Below are positions 9,198 through 18,937 of a DNA stretch of 64,000 nucleotides, piece after piece (the stretch's first letter is position 1; each line of letters starts with the position of its first letter). A program made the translations under genes and the position numbers. Source of the DNA: Clostridiales bacterium (GTDB lineage Bacteria > Bacillota > Clostridia > Oscillospirales > Oscillospiraceae); assembly GCA_004558115.1 (NCBI GenBank), contig SFDT01000002.1:8263-72262 (forward strand), written 5' to 3'. The notes beneath the pieces are model-generated. The model saw only the letters and a program-made list of their open reading frames with translations. It was not told where the DNA came from and did no database searches.

Positions 9198-9246
9198 GAA
9201 GCAGATACTGGCGTAATAGAACTTTTTCTGGAAGGGAAGAAAGCGC

Positions 9247-11160
9247 GTGTCATTGTCACGATTTCGTGGGCAGATCATCCTGGCGGCGGATGTTTGCCTG
9301 ATCTTCATGTTCAATTTTCTCCTGTTTCTTCCGGCGCTGCTGCGTGATGACATCCGTTTCACCAACCTGATGCTCCACATCGGCCTTTTGACGGTCTGTG
9401 TCCTGGTGTTTCAGCTGGTGTTCCGGACGTACAACACCCTTTGGCGCTACGCGGAGAGCCGGGAGTATTTCGTGCTGCTCATGGGCATGAGCCTCGGCTT
9501 TCTGCTGTACAGCGGCGTGAACCTGCTGCTGGACACCAATCTGATCTGGATCACCCAGGCCCTGACAGGCACCTCCCTGGCGCTGCTGGCCATGCTGGTG
9601 ATGCGGTTCGTGTACCGTACATACCGGACGAAGATCACCGGCCGTTCCGCGGAGGGCCGTAGCCACGTGGCCATCATCGGCGCCGGCGCTGTGGGCGTGT
9701 CGCTGCTGGGAGAACTGGTGAACAATCCCCAGGGGCGCTATATCCCCTATTGCCTGGTGGACGATGCGTTGGATAAAGTGGGCAAGCGGGTGCTGGGCGT
9801 TCCCGTTCTGGGTCCTATCAACAATCTCCAGGAGCTGCTGCAAAACACGCCGGTGACGGAGATCATACTGGCCATTTCCAACCTGTCTTCCCGGCGGCAG
9901 ACGGAGATCCTGCGGCTGTGCGCCGCCACCAACTGCCGCCTCCATATCCTGGCGGACCCCATGTCCCAGCTGAAGCGGGAAAAGACCTCCCTGGCGGCCA
10001 GCGTCCGGGAAGTGCAGATCGAAGACCTGCTGGGCCGGCAGACCATCCAGCTGGACAACTGCCGCATTGCGAAGTTTATCCGCGGCAAGACCGTGCTGGT
10101 CACAGGCGGCGGCGGTTCCATCGGTTCGGAGCTGTGCCGCCAGGTGGCGGGCTATGGACCCAAGCGGCTGGTGATCCTGGATATCGCGGAAAATACCACG
10201 TATAGCCTGCAAAACGATCTGATCCACCTCCACGGCACGGATTTTCCCATGTCGGTGGAGATCGCCTCTGTCCGGGACCGGAAAAAGATCGACCGCATCT
10301 TTGAAAAGTACCGGCCGGACCTGGTGTTCCACGCGGCGGCTCACAAGCATGTGCCCCTCATGGAGAACTGCCCGGAGGAAGCGATCAAAAACAATATCTT
10401 CGGTACTTACAATACTGCCTCCGCCGCGAAAAAATACGGAGCGGAGAAGTTTGTCCTGATCTCCACGGACAAGGCGGTGAACCCCACCAACATCATGGGC
10501 ACCACCAAGTTCCTGTGTGAGCAGGTGCTCCAGGGCCTGCGGGCTGGCAGCCGCACGGAATTCGCGGCGGTGCGCTTCGGCAATGTGCTGGGGTCCGACG
10601 GCTCCGTCATCCCCCTGTTTAAAAAGCAGATCGCCTACGGCGGTCCCGTCACCATTACGGACAAGCGGATCATCCGCTATTTCATGACCATTCCGGAGGC
10701 GGTCCAGCTGGTGCTGGAGGCCGGCTCCTTTGCCCGCAGCGGAGAGGTCTATGTGCTGGACATGGGGGAGCCCGTCCACATTCTGGACCTGGCGGAAAAG
10801 CTCATCCGCCTGTCCGGCTACACGCCCTACGTGGATATCCAAATCGAGGAGGTGGGCCTGCGGCCCGGTGAGAAGCTCTATGAGGAGCTGCTGACCCAGA
10901 GCGCGGACCTGCGCAGAACGGAAAACGAAAAGATTTTCGTGGAGGAAAAGCCCGCCATCGAAGAAAGTGACCTGAAAGGCTGGCTGGAGGAGCTGGCCGC
11001 CGTCGTGGAAAGCGGAAGCCGCCAGCAGATCTTCCAGCTGCTCCGCGAGCTGGTGCCAACCTTCCGCAGTCCGGAGGATGTGAACCGGGAGGCCATCCGT
11101 GCCGTCCGGGAGGGGCAGGCAGCCCACCTGGAGGACCTGGCCCTGGTGCAGAATGTATAA
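9247..11160 (+). CDS. capD: CapD/PglF-like membrane-bound UDP-sugar 4,6-dehydratase (polysaccharide biosynthesis protein)
   Basis: N-terminal TM helices; IIGAGAVG; IEDLLGR; VTGGGGSIGSELCRQ; HAAAHKHVP; ISTDKAVNPTNIMG; RFGNVLGS; GLRPGEKLYEEL. Confidence 0.92.
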   Translation: MSLSRFRGQIILAADVCLIFMFNFLLFLPALLRDDIRFTNLMLHIGLLTVCVLVFQLVFRTYNTLWRYAESREYFVLLMGMSLGFLLYSGVNLLLDTNLIWITQALTGTSLALLAMLVMRFVYRTYRTKITGRSAEGRSHVAIIGAGAVGVSLLGELVNNPQGRYIPYCLVDDALDKVGKRVLGVPVLGPINNLQELLQNTPVTEIILAISNLSSRRQTEILRLCAATNCRLHILADPMSQLKREKTSLAASVREVQIEDLLGRQTIQLDNCRIAKFIRGKTVLVTGGGGSIGSELCRQVAGYGPKRLVILDIAENTTYSLQNDLIHLHGTDFPMSVEIASVRDRKKIDRIFEKYRPDLVFHAAAHKHVPLMENCPEEAIKNNIFGTYNTASAAKKYGAEKFVLISTDKAVNPTNIMGTTKFLCEQVLQGLRAGSRTEFAAVRFGNVLGSDGSVIPLFKKQIAYGGPVTITDKRIIRYFMTIPEAVQLVLEAGSFARSGEVYVLDMGEPVHILDLAEKLIRLSGYTPYVDIQIEEVGLRPGEKLYEELLTQSADLRRTENEKIFVEEKPAIEESDLKGWLEELAAVVESGSRQQIFQLLRELVPTFRSPEDVNREAIRAVREGQAAHLEDLALVQNV

Positions 11161-11176
11161 AAGCGAGGATTGAGCA

Positions 11177-11863
11177 ATGAAAAAAGGTGTGAAGATCGCA
11201 CTTGGCATCGTAGGCGTCCTGGTGGTGGGCGGCGCGGCCCTGGCGGCATGGCAGTGGAACAACCTCAATGCCCTGCGCTACGGCCTGACCCTGGATAGGG
11301 ACACCATTGACCAGAAGCTCCAGGATAATGAGCAGGCCCTGAACGACGCCATGGCGGAGTACAATATCCAGGGCTACGCCTTCTCCCAGGAGGAGGTCGC
11401 CCAGCTGGCGGACGGGACGCTTTCGACAGAGGAGGCGGCCAAGAAGCTGCTGGAGGGACAGACGCCCCAGGCGGCATCGCCGGAGGGAGCGTCCGGTCAG
11501 CAGGCAGGTGCGCCTCAGTCCGAGACAGATCAGGCCATTCAGGAGCAGATCGCCACCATGTACGTGCTGCGGAGCACCTATTTGGGCAAGCTGGAGGCTA
11601 TCGCCCAGTCCGCCATTGACGAGTATACCGCCGGCGACCATACGGAGGAGAACCGCAAACAGGTGGTCTACGACAAGCTGGACCAGCTGACGGCGCTGGA
11701 AAAGGAGTGCGACGCCCAGGTGGCCCAGGTGGTGTCCCGCCTGCGGGAGCTTTTGAAGGAAGCCGGACGGGATGACTCCCTGGCCAAGCAGGTGGAGGAG
11801 ACGTACCAGAACGAAAAGAGCCTGAAAAAAGCGGCCTATCTGGAGGAATTCCAGAACGGCTGA
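11177..11863 (+). CDS. Hypothetical membrane-anchored helical protein
   Basis: N-terminal TM segment, helical body, RBS, in operon between capD and cpsB. Confidence 0.75.
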   Translation: MKKGVKIALGIVGVLVVGGAALAAWQWNNLNALRYGLTLDRDTIDQKLQDNEQALNDAMAEYNIQGYAFSQEEVAQLADGTLSTEEAAKKLLEGQTPQAASPEGASGQQAGAPQSETDQAIQEQIATMYVLRSTYLGKLEAIAQSAIDEYTAGDHTEENRKQVVYDKLDQLTALEKECDAQVAQVVSRLRELLKEAGRDDSLAKQVEETYQNEKSLKKAAYLEEFQNG

Positions 11864-11879
11864 CAGGGCGGAGGACAGC

Positions 11880-12623
11880 ATGATCGACCTGCACTGCCAT
11901 ATCCTGCCGGGGGTGGATGACGGCGCCGCCTCCGAGGAGGAGAGCTGCATGATGGCCCGTATGGCGGCGGAAAGCGGCGTCACGGCCTTGGCCGCCACGC
12001 CCCACTGCGGCGTGCCCGGGCAGTCTGAAAATTTTGCGGATGAACGCCTGATGGACAGATTTTCTGCCCTGGAGCGGCTGCTGGAGCGGGAGCATGTCCC
12101 TCTGTGGCTGTACACGGGCATGGAGGTGTTCGTGACGGAGCAGACGCCCCGCTATCTGCGGGAGGGACGGCTTTTGACCCTGGGGGGCAGCCGGTATTTG
12201 CTGGTGGAGTTTGGGTTCGATGAGGAGCCGGACTTCGCGGAGCGGATGCTGGGAGAGCTGCTGGAGGCCGGCGTGGTGCCGGTGGTGGCCCATCCGGAGC
12301 GGTACCATTTTGTCCAGCCGCGGCCGGAGTGCCTGCTGCGGTGGGCGGAAATGGGCTGCGCCCTGCAAGTGAACAAGGGGAGCCTTCTGGGCCGGTTTGG
12401 CCGGCGGGCGGCCCAGGCGGCCCGCTGGTGCCTGGGGGAGGGCTGCGTCCACCTGCTGGGCAGCGATGCCCACAGCCCCTGGCGCAGGACCCCCCGCATG
12501 GAGGAGGCCTGGACGTATACAGCGGACTTTGATTCGCCGGAGATCGCGGATTTTTTGCTGCGGGACAACCCGCGCCGCATCCTGGAGGACCAGCCCATCC
12601 GGCCGGTCCTGGCGGAATTTTGA
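11880..12623 (+). CDS. cpsB: CpsB/CapC/YwqE-type PHP-family tyrosine phosphatase
   Basis: MIDLHCHILPGVDDG; ATPH; YLLVEF; AHPERY; LQVN; GSDAH. Confidence 0.93.
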   Translation: MIDLHCHILPGVDDGAASEEESCMMARMAAESGVTALAATPHCGVPGQSENFADERLMDRFSALERLLEREHVPLWLYTGMEVFVTEQTPRYLREGRLLTLGGSRYLLVEFGFDEEPDFAERMLGELLEAGVVPVVAHPERYHFVQPRPECLLRWAEMGCALQVNKGSLLGRFGRRAAQAARWCLGEGCVHLLGSDAHSPWRRTPRMEEAWTYTADFDSPEIADFLLRDNPRRILEDQPIRPVLAEF

Positions 12624-12641
12624 ACATCCCGAGGAGAACTT

Positions 12642-13445
12642 ATGAAACGACTTCGCATCATCACCCTGGTCTGCTTCCTGCTTTCAGCGGCGGCCCTGGG
12701 AGCTTCCACGGCCTATCAGGTCTGGAGCGAGGACAAGACCATCCCCGTCATCGACTGCCCGGAGGAGCCGTTGGTGCTGTCTGTGAAGGACAGCGGCACC
12801 GAAGTGCTGCTGCGGGATGTGACCGCTTATGACGAAAAAGACGGAGATCTGACAGATCGGCTGCTGCTGGAGGGCATCGACCGCGCCTCTGGCGGCGATA
12901 TCACCGTCACTTATGTGGTGGTGGACAGTGACCACCATGTGGTCAGCCGCAGCCGTACCTTGCAGTACACGGACTATACGCCGCCCCGCTTTGCCCTGTC
13001 CAAGGAGCTGCGTTACTCCATGGGCAGCAGCGTCCGCATCAAGGACCGGCTGACAGCCACGGACGTGGTGGACGGCGATCTGTCGGACCGCATCAAGGTG
13101 AACTCCAACGACCTGTCCCCCTATTACGAGGGCACATATCCCGTGACCTTTGAGGTCACCAACAGCCTGGGCGACACCGCATCCCTCACCATGGATGTGG
13201 TGGTGCGGAACTATGCCGCCGGCGAGCCCCGCATCACCCTGACGCAGTATCTGGTGTACCGGAAGGCCGGGGAGCGTTTTGACGCCCGGGCCTATCTGGA
13301 TTCCGTCAGCGGCGGGGCGGTGGAGGATGTCGCCATCCAGCTGCCGGAGGGCGGGCTGTCCGCCGGCGTCAGCCAGGTGACCTATTCCTGCGTGGGACAA
13401 AACGGGACCGTGGGTTCCACCGTCCTCTACGTTGTGACCGAGTGA
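12642..13445 (+). CDS. Secreted/anchored protein with tandem Ig-like (DUF5011/HYR-like) repeats
   Basis: Signal anchor; VTAYDEKDGDLTDR and LTATDVVDGDLSDRI repeats; GTYPVTFEVTNSLG. Confidence 0.75.
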   Translation: MKRLRIITLVCFLLSAAALGASTAYQVWSEDKTIPVIDCPEEPLVLSVKDSGTEVLLRDVTAYDEKDGDLTDRLLLEGIDRASGGDITVTYVVVDSDHHVVSRSRTLQYTDYTPPRFALSKELRYSMGSSVRIKDRLTATDVVDGDLSDRIKVNSNDLSPYYEGTYPVTFEVTNSLGDTASLTMDVVVRNYAAGEPRITLTQYLVYRKAGERFDARAYLDSVSGGAVEDVAIQLPEGGLSAGVSQVTYSCVGQNGTVGSTVLYVVTE

Positions 13446-13455
13446 GGAAACGAAT

Positions 13456-14931
13456 ATGGATGAACAACAGACTTTTCGATGGACGGACCTGAACCTGTTC
13501 TGCCTGCTGCGCCGGTTGGGCCGGGATGTTTTGCTGGTGGTGGCGGCGGGACTCATTGCCGCCATGCTGACCGAGACAGCGATCCAGAACCTGTACAAGC
13601 CGGAGTATACGGCCAGCGCCACCATGGCGGTCAGCGTGAAAAGCGGCGGCTATTCCTCCGTCTTGTCCAACCTGAATATCTCCTCGGAGATCGCGGACAC
13701 CTTTACCAAGCTGTTTGAAAGCAATATGTTCGGCGGCATTGCCAGCAGCAAGCTGGGTACCAGCAGCCTGCCCGGCAAGCTGACGGCCTCCGTCCTGCCG
13801 GAGACGAATATCCTGACGCTGCGGGTGACGGCGGATACCCCGGAGGATGCCTTCCGAACGCTGCAGCTGCTGCTGGACAACTATGACACGGTCTCGGAAT
13901 ACGTGTTCCAGAACGTGATCTTGAAGGAGCTGGACAGCCCCTCCGTTCCGGTGAAGCCTTCCAATCCCGTGAACCGGGGGCAGCTCCTGAAACGGGCTTT
14001 TGTGGGTGGCGCCGGTGCCATGATGGTGCTGCTGCTGGCCATCGCCGTCCTGTCCGACACGGTGCAGACCTCTGAGGCTGTGCGGCGGAAGCTGGATGTG
14101 AAGCTGTTTGCCACCATCCACCACGAGGAAAAGAACAAGACCTTGCGGACGAAGCTGAAAAAGGCCAATAAGGGCCTGCTCATCACCATGCCGGTGGCCA
14201 GCTTCTATTTCACGGAGGAGATCTACAAGCTGGGGACAAAGGTGGACTATGCCGCCCGCCACGGGGAGCGGAAGGTCATCCTGGTTACCAGCGTGGCGGA
14301 AAACGAGGGCAAGTCCACCGTGGCTGCCAACCTGGCGCTGTCCTTGACCCAGGGCGAGCGGAAGGTGCTGCTCATCGACGCGGACCTCCATAAGGCTGCC
14401 CAGTACAAGCTGTTCCACCGCAAGCCGGCGGTGGAGCTGGCGGATATGCTCCAAGGCGAGGCGCCCTATCAGCCGGAGCTGCTGGAAAAGCATAACCTGT
14501 ATACTCTGTTTTCCACCAAATCCAGCGACGGCGCCGCGGAGCTGATCGCCTCCCGGGAGATGGGGGCTCTGCTGGACAAAGCCCGGAAGGAGATGGACTA
14601 TATCGTCATCGACTCCCCGCCCATGGCCCTGTTTTCCGATGTGGAGGCTTTGGCGGACCGGGCGGACCTGTCGCTGCTGGTGGTGCGCCAGGATGTGACC
14701 CCGGCCCGGCGCATCAACGACACGGTGGATATTTTGAACCAGTGCCGGGCGGAGCTGCTGGGCTGCGTGTTCAACGATGTGCGCGGCCTGCCCTTCTCCA
14801 ATGACCACCACAGCTACGGCTACGGCTATGGCTACGGCGACCGCTACGGCTACGGCGGATATTACGGGCAAAAGCCCAAAAGCGGCAAAACAACGGACAA
14901 GCAGTCGGAGGGGACCCATGGAAGAGCTTAA
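13456..14931 (+). CDS. Fused Wzz-like chain-length domain plus bacterial tyrosine kinase (CpsC-CpsD fusion), copy 1
   Basis: Two TMs with PEYTASATM and PVKPSNP; Walker A ENEGKST; VLLIDADL; YIVIDSPP; C-terminal Tyr cluster SYGYGYGYGDRYGYGGYY. Confidence 0.9.
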   Translation: MDEQQTFRWTDLNLFCLLRRLGRDVLLVVAAGLIAAMLTETAIQNLYKPEYTASATMAVSVKSGGYSSVLSNLNISSEIADTFTKLFESNMFGGIASSKLGTSSLPGKLTASVLPETNILTLRVTADTPEDAFRTLQLLLDNYDTVSEYVFQNVILKELDSPSVPVKPSNPVNRGQLLKRAFVGGAGAMMVLLLAIAVLSDTVQTSEAVRRKLDVKLFATIHHEEKNKTLRTKLKKANKGLLITMPVASFYFTEEIYKLGTKVDYAARHGERKVILVTSVAENEGKSTVAANLALSLTQGERKVLLIDADLHKAAQYKLFHRKPAVELADMLQGEAPYQPELLEKHNLYTLFSTKSSDGAAELIASREMGALLDKARKEMDYIVIDSPPMALFSDVEALADRADLSLLVVRQDVTPARRINDTVDILNQCRAELLGCVFNDVRGLPFSNDHHSYGYGYGYGDRYGYGGYYGQKPKSGKTTDKQSEGTHGRA

Positions 14932-16393
14932 AAAGGACCAGGAAGAACTGGAAAAAATCGATATTTTCCGGGTCCTTCAGGAATTTTGGAAGGCTTTTTG
15001 CCGGTTGTGGTGGCTGCCGTTCCTTCTGGCGGTGGCCTGCGGCGGCCTGCTGGGCCTGCGGGCCTGGCGGAGCTATACGCCCATGTACGCCTCCCAGGTG
15101 ACGTTTACCATTCAGACGGCGGATTCCTCCCTGACGGACATCGGCGGCAGCACCAGCTACTACAATAAGGCCACGGCGGAGCAGCTGACGAAGACCTTTC
15201 CCTACCTGGTCCAGTCGGACCTGATGAAAAGCAAGCTGCGCCAGGCCATGGGCGTGAGCTGGATCAACGGCAATATCACTGCCCAGACGGTGGATAATAC
15301 CAGCCTGTTTTCCCTGCGGGTCACCAGTACGTCGGCCCAGGACGCCTATGACATTCTGGTGGCGGTGACGGAGGTGTATCCCCAGGTGGCGGATTACGTC
15401 ATCGGCAACACGGAGATGAACGTCCTGACGCAGCCGGAGGTGGCCGCGGAGCCCTACAATGCGTTCCGGCCCGTTCCCACCATCTGTAAGGGTGCTTTTC
15501 TGGGGGCGTTTTTGGGACTGCTGGTCATTTTGCTGTACGCCTTCACCAGACGCAGCATCCGGGACCCGGAGGATATCCACCGGCGGCTGAACCAGACCTG
15601 CATCGCCACACTGCCCAAGGTCACGTTTAAGCGGCGGGGCAATGCCATCGATAAAAATATTTCCGTTTTGAACCAGCGGGTGGACGGCGCCTTCCGGGAG
15701 AGCGTGCGGAGCATGCGCATCAAATTCCTGCGGGAGGCCCAGAAGCAGCGGGCCAAGGTGGTCATGGTCACCAGCACCCTGCCCGGCGAGGGCAAGACCA
15801 CGACAGCGGTGAATCTGGCTCTGACCCTGGGTCAGAACGGCGCCCGGGTCATCCTGGTGGACCTGGACCTGCGAAAGCCCTCCGTGAAAAAGGCGCTGGG
15901 TGTGCGGCAGGCTTCCAAGGGTATGCCGGAGCTGCTGGCGGACCCCGCCGCGGAACCGGCGGAAGAACTGCTGCATCTGGACAACAGCCGCCTTTCCCTG
16001 CTGGCAGGGGACAGCGCCGCGGCGGACCCCCGCCAGCAGATCAATTCCCGCCGGCTGGGCGCTATTCTGGACGCCCTTCGGCAGGAGGCGGACTACATCG
16101 TGTTGGACACGCCGCCCTGCGGCATCCTGTCGGACAGCGCCGGTGTGGCCAGGCTGGCGGACTGTACCCTGTATGTGATCCGTGCCGGCGCCGTGGAGGT
16201 GCCTCATATCATGGACAGCCTGCAATTCCTGGCGGAAAGCGGCACCCGGATGGTGGGCTGTGTCCTTAACGGCGTGCAGCCCGGACAGGGCGGCTACGGT
16301 TATGGCTATGGCTACGGCTACGGCGGCTATGGCTATGGTTATGGAAAGTACAATGCCCACCGCAAGAGCAAGGCGGCGGAGGAAGAACCGTAA
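14918..16393 (+). CDS. Fused Wzz-like chain-length domain plus bacterial tyrosine kinase (CpsC-CpsD fusion), copy 2
   Basis: ATG at 14918 after GGAGGG; PMYASQVTF; Walker A PGEGKTT; VILVDLDLRKPS; YIVLDTPP; Tyr cluster GYGYGYGYGYGGYGYGYGKY. Confidence 0.9.
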   Translation: MEELKKDQEELEKIDIFRVLQEFWKAFCRLWWLPFLLAVACGGLLGLRAWRSYTPMYASQVTFTIQTADSSLTDIGGSTSYYNKATAEQLTKTFPYLVQSDLMKSKLRQAMGVSWINGNITAQTVDNTSLFSLRVTSTSAQDAYDILVAVTEVYPQVADYVIGNTEMNVLTQPEVAAEPYNAFRPVPTICKGAFLGAFLGLLVILLYAFTRRSIRDPEDIHRRLNQTCIATLPKVTFKRRGNAIDKNISVLNQRVDGAFRESVRSMRIKFLREAQKQRAKVVMVTSTLPGEGKTTTAVNLALTLGQNGARVILVDLDLRKPSVKKALGVRQASKGMPELLADPAAEPAEELLHLDNSRLSLLAGDSAAADPRQQINSRRLGAILDALRQEADYIVLDTPPCGILSDSAGVARLADCTLYVIRAGAVEVPHIMDSLQFLAESGTRMVGCVLNGVQPGQGGYGYGYGYGYGGYGYGYGKYNAHRKSKAAEEEP

Positions 16394-16405
16394 ATCACGG
16401 CCGGA

Positions 16406-16439
16406 AAGAAGCTGCCGGAGAAGTTCCGGGCAGCTTCTT
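16406..16439 (+). terminator. Hairpin between kinase copy 2 and the peptidase (weak terminator or processing site)
   Basis: AAGAAGCTGCC...GGCAGCTTCTT followed by CCCTTTT. Confidence 0.45.
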
Positions 16440-16465
16440 CCCTTTTCGGAGAAAGGAGGGGAGTC

Positions 16466-16957
16466 ATGGAGCCGAAAAAGCGCACCGTGGATATCCACAC
16501 CTACCTGCCGGTGCTGATGGAGCTTTTGGAGCAGGGGGAGAGCGTCAGCCTTACTGTCACGGGCAACAGCATGTCTCCCTTCCTGGTCCATGGCCGGGAC
16601 CAGATCAGCTTTCAAAAGCCCTCCGCTCCTTTGAAGCGGGGAGACATGGCGTTTTTTTGCCGGGTGAACGGAGACTATGTCATGCACCGTGTCCTGCGGG
16701 CGGAGGAGGACGGATACTTCCTGGTGGGGGACGGCCAGCAGGAAGTGGAGGGACCTGTCCCTCCCGGACAGGTGTTTGCCGTGGTGACGAAGGTGTGCCG
16801 CAAGGGCCGCTGGATCGGGCCGGGGGACTTCTGGTGGGACTTTTTTGCCGGCCCGTGGCTGCGGCTGCTGCCGCTGCGGCCCCTGCTGCGGCGGCTGTAT
16901 GGTGTGTATTTCCGCATGTTCAGGAGAGGAGGGCGTGACCATGACACAGCCGGATAA
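16466..16957 (+). CDS. S24/S26-family (signal-peptidase-like) serine peptidase
   Basis: VTGNSMSPFL; LKRGDMAFF; YVMHRV; LVGDG (Ser-His dyad variant). Confidence 0.85.
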   Translation: MEPKKRTVDIHTYLPVLMELLEQGESVSLTVTGNSMSPFLVHGRDQISFQKPSAPLKRGDMAFFCRVNGDYVMHRVLRAEEDGYFLVGDGQQEVEGPVPPGQVFAVVTKVCRKGRWIGPGDFWWDFFAGPWLRLLPLRPLLRRLYGVYFRMFRRGGRDHDTAG

Positions 16958-18734
16958 TGGCCGGGAGGACCGGACGGCCCTGGGCTCCGAGGCTTTGGGG
17001 ACCCTGCTGCGGCGCTGGAGGGAGGGGACCTTCGGCGAACTGCTGGAGGACTGGCGGTGGATCTTGGCCCACACGAAGCGGTATAAATGGGCGGTGGCCT
17101 GCTATCTGGTCCTGGGCGTGGCCAGCGCCTCTTTGGGGCTGGTGTCGGCGGTGGCCAGCAAATACGCCATCGACATCATCACCGGCTACCAGACCTCCCG
17201 CCTGGGCGCCATGGCGGCGGTCATGGTGGCTTCGGCCCTGGCCAGCCTGCTGCTGCGGAGCTTGGTCTCCCGGGTATCCGCCAAGGTGAGCATCTTCGTC
17301 AGCAACGATATCCAGGCGTCTGTATTTGACAAGGTGCTGGACGCCGACTGGCTGGCCCTCAGCCGGTACAGCAGCGGCGACCTCCTCAGCCGCTTCAACA
17401 GCGATGTGAGCACCGTGGCCGGCAACGCCATCAGCTGGCTGCCGAACCTTCTGGTGAGCCTGTATACGTTCATCGCCACGTTCTTCGTCATTCTCTACTA
17501 TGACCGCGTCATGGCCCTCATCGCCCTGGCCAGCGCACCGTTTTTGCTGGTGAGCTCCCGGTATCTGCTGGGGCGCATGCGGCGGCACAACCAGCGGATG
17601 AAGGAGCTGGGCAGCCAGCTGATGGCCTACGAGGTGGAGACCTTCTACAATGTAGACACCATCAAGAGCTTCGGCATCATGGGCCAGTATGGCCGCGGCC
17701 TGCGGCAGCGGCAGGAGACCTTCCAAAAAGCCAGCCTGGACTATAACCTGTTCAGTATCAAGACGGACGCGGCCATCTCCCTGCTGGGCTCCGCCGTGCA
17801 GCTGGCGGGCTTTGGGTACTGCCTGTACCTGCTGTGGAGCGGGAAGATCGTCTACGGCACCATGACGCTGTTTTTGTCCCAGAGCGCCAAGCTCTCCTCC
17901 ACGTTCAGCAGCCTGGTGGGCGTGGTGCCCGCCTTTCTCACCAGTTCCGTTTCCGCCCGGCGCATCCGGGAACTGACGGAGCTCCCCAAGGAGCCCCACA
18001 TCCCCGGCAGCGGCCTGGACCGACATGGGGAGGAGGGCTTTGCCGTCCGGATGGAGGATGTGGACTTTGGCTATGATCCGGCGGAGCCGGTCCTCATGGG
18101 CTCTGCTTTCCATGCGGAGCCGGGGGAGATCGTGGCGCTGGTGGGACCCTCCGGAGAGGGCAAGACCACCATGATCCGGCTGATACTGGGCCTGGTCCGG
18201 CCGGACCGGGGCCGGGTGTTCCTGAGGACCGGGGCTGGACTGGAGGCGGAGGTGAACGCGGAGACCCGGCACCTCTTTTCCTATGTCCCCCAGGGCAACA
18301 CCATCCTCTCCGGCACCATCGCGGACAACCTGCGCATGGTGAAGGAGGATGCCACGGACCAAGAGCTGGAGGAAGCCCTGCGCCTGGCCTGTGCCTGGGA
18401 GTTTGTGTCCCGGATGCCGGAGGGCGTCCACAGCAGTGTGGGAGAGCGGGGCAGGGGCCTTTCCGAGGGACAGGCCCAGCGCCTTGCCATTGCCCGGGCC
18501 GTTTTGAAGGATGCGCCCGTGCTGCTGCTGGATGAGGCCACCTCCGCCCTGGATGTTGCCACGGAGCGGCAGGTGCTGCGCAATCTCATGACCGGGCGGC
18601 CCAACCGCACCGTCATCGTCACCACGCACCGGCCCAGTGTATTGGGCATGTGCCGCCGGGTGTACCGGATCGTAGACCGGCAGGTACGGGAGCTGGACCG
18701 GGAGGAGTCAGAGCGGCTGTCCATGGACTTTTGA
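16941..18734 (+). CDS. ABC exporter, fused permease and ATPase (no C39 peptidase domain)
   Basis: Six TM region, SSGDLLSR; Walker A GPSGEGKTT; signature LSEGQAQR; LLLDEATSALD; overlaps the peptidase stop. Confidence 0.92.
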   Translation: MTQPDNGREDRTALGSEALGTLLRRWREGTFGELLEDWRWILAHTKRYKWAVACYLVLGVASASLGLVSAVASKYAIDIITGYQTSRLGAMAAVMVASALASLLLRSLVSRVSAKVSIFVSNDIQASVFDKVLDADWLALSRYSSGDLLSRFNSDVSTVAGNAISWLPNLLVSLYTFIATFFVILYYDRVMALIALASAPFLLVSSRYLLGRMRRHNQRMKELGSQLMAYEVETFYNVDTIKSFGIMGQYGRGLRQRQETFQKASLDYNLFSIKTDAAISLLGSAVQLAGFGYCLYLLWSGKIVYGTMTLFLSQSAKLSSTFSSLVGVVPAFLTSSVSARRIRELTELPKEPHIPGSGLDRHGEEGFAVRMEDVDFGYDPAEPVLMGSAFHAEPGEIVALVGPSGEGKTTMIRLILGLVRPDRGRVFLRTGAGLEAEVNAETRHLFSYVPQGNTILSGTIADNLRMVKEDATDQELEEALRLACAWEFVSRMPEGVHSSVGERGRGLSEGQAQRLAIARAVLKDAPVLLLDEATSALDVATERQVLRNLMTGRPNRTVIVTTHRPSVLGMCRRVYRIVDRQVRELDREESERLSMDF

Positions 18735-18814
18735 GGAAGCGGCCGCAGGCGCAGGATTTTGAAAAAAATGAAAGTGAAATTGAAAAAATTATCCAATTCG
18801 GCACGGTTTTGAGG

Positions 18815-18843
18815 TTGCCGTTGAAAATTGATTGTGCTATAAT
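18815..18843 (+). promoter_or_regulatory. Sigma70/A promoter of the SLH/vWA surface-protein gene
   Basis: TTGCCG-17bp-TATAAT with extended -10 TG and A-tracts upstream. Confidence 0.7.
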
Positions 18844-18937
18844 CAACTTACTTATATGTGGGCGTGTGCCTTTGGTGAGTTCCCGCCGGAGCGGTGAACC
18901 GCCGGAGCTGCCAATCGTGTAAATGGAGGTATCAATC

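Noticed and set aside
14814..16344. Hexamer repeats, and the 15-bp repeats at about 25.1 kb, as CRISPR-like arrays
   Set aside because: In-frame coding repeats (YG and EAGTG) with no spacers and no cas genes
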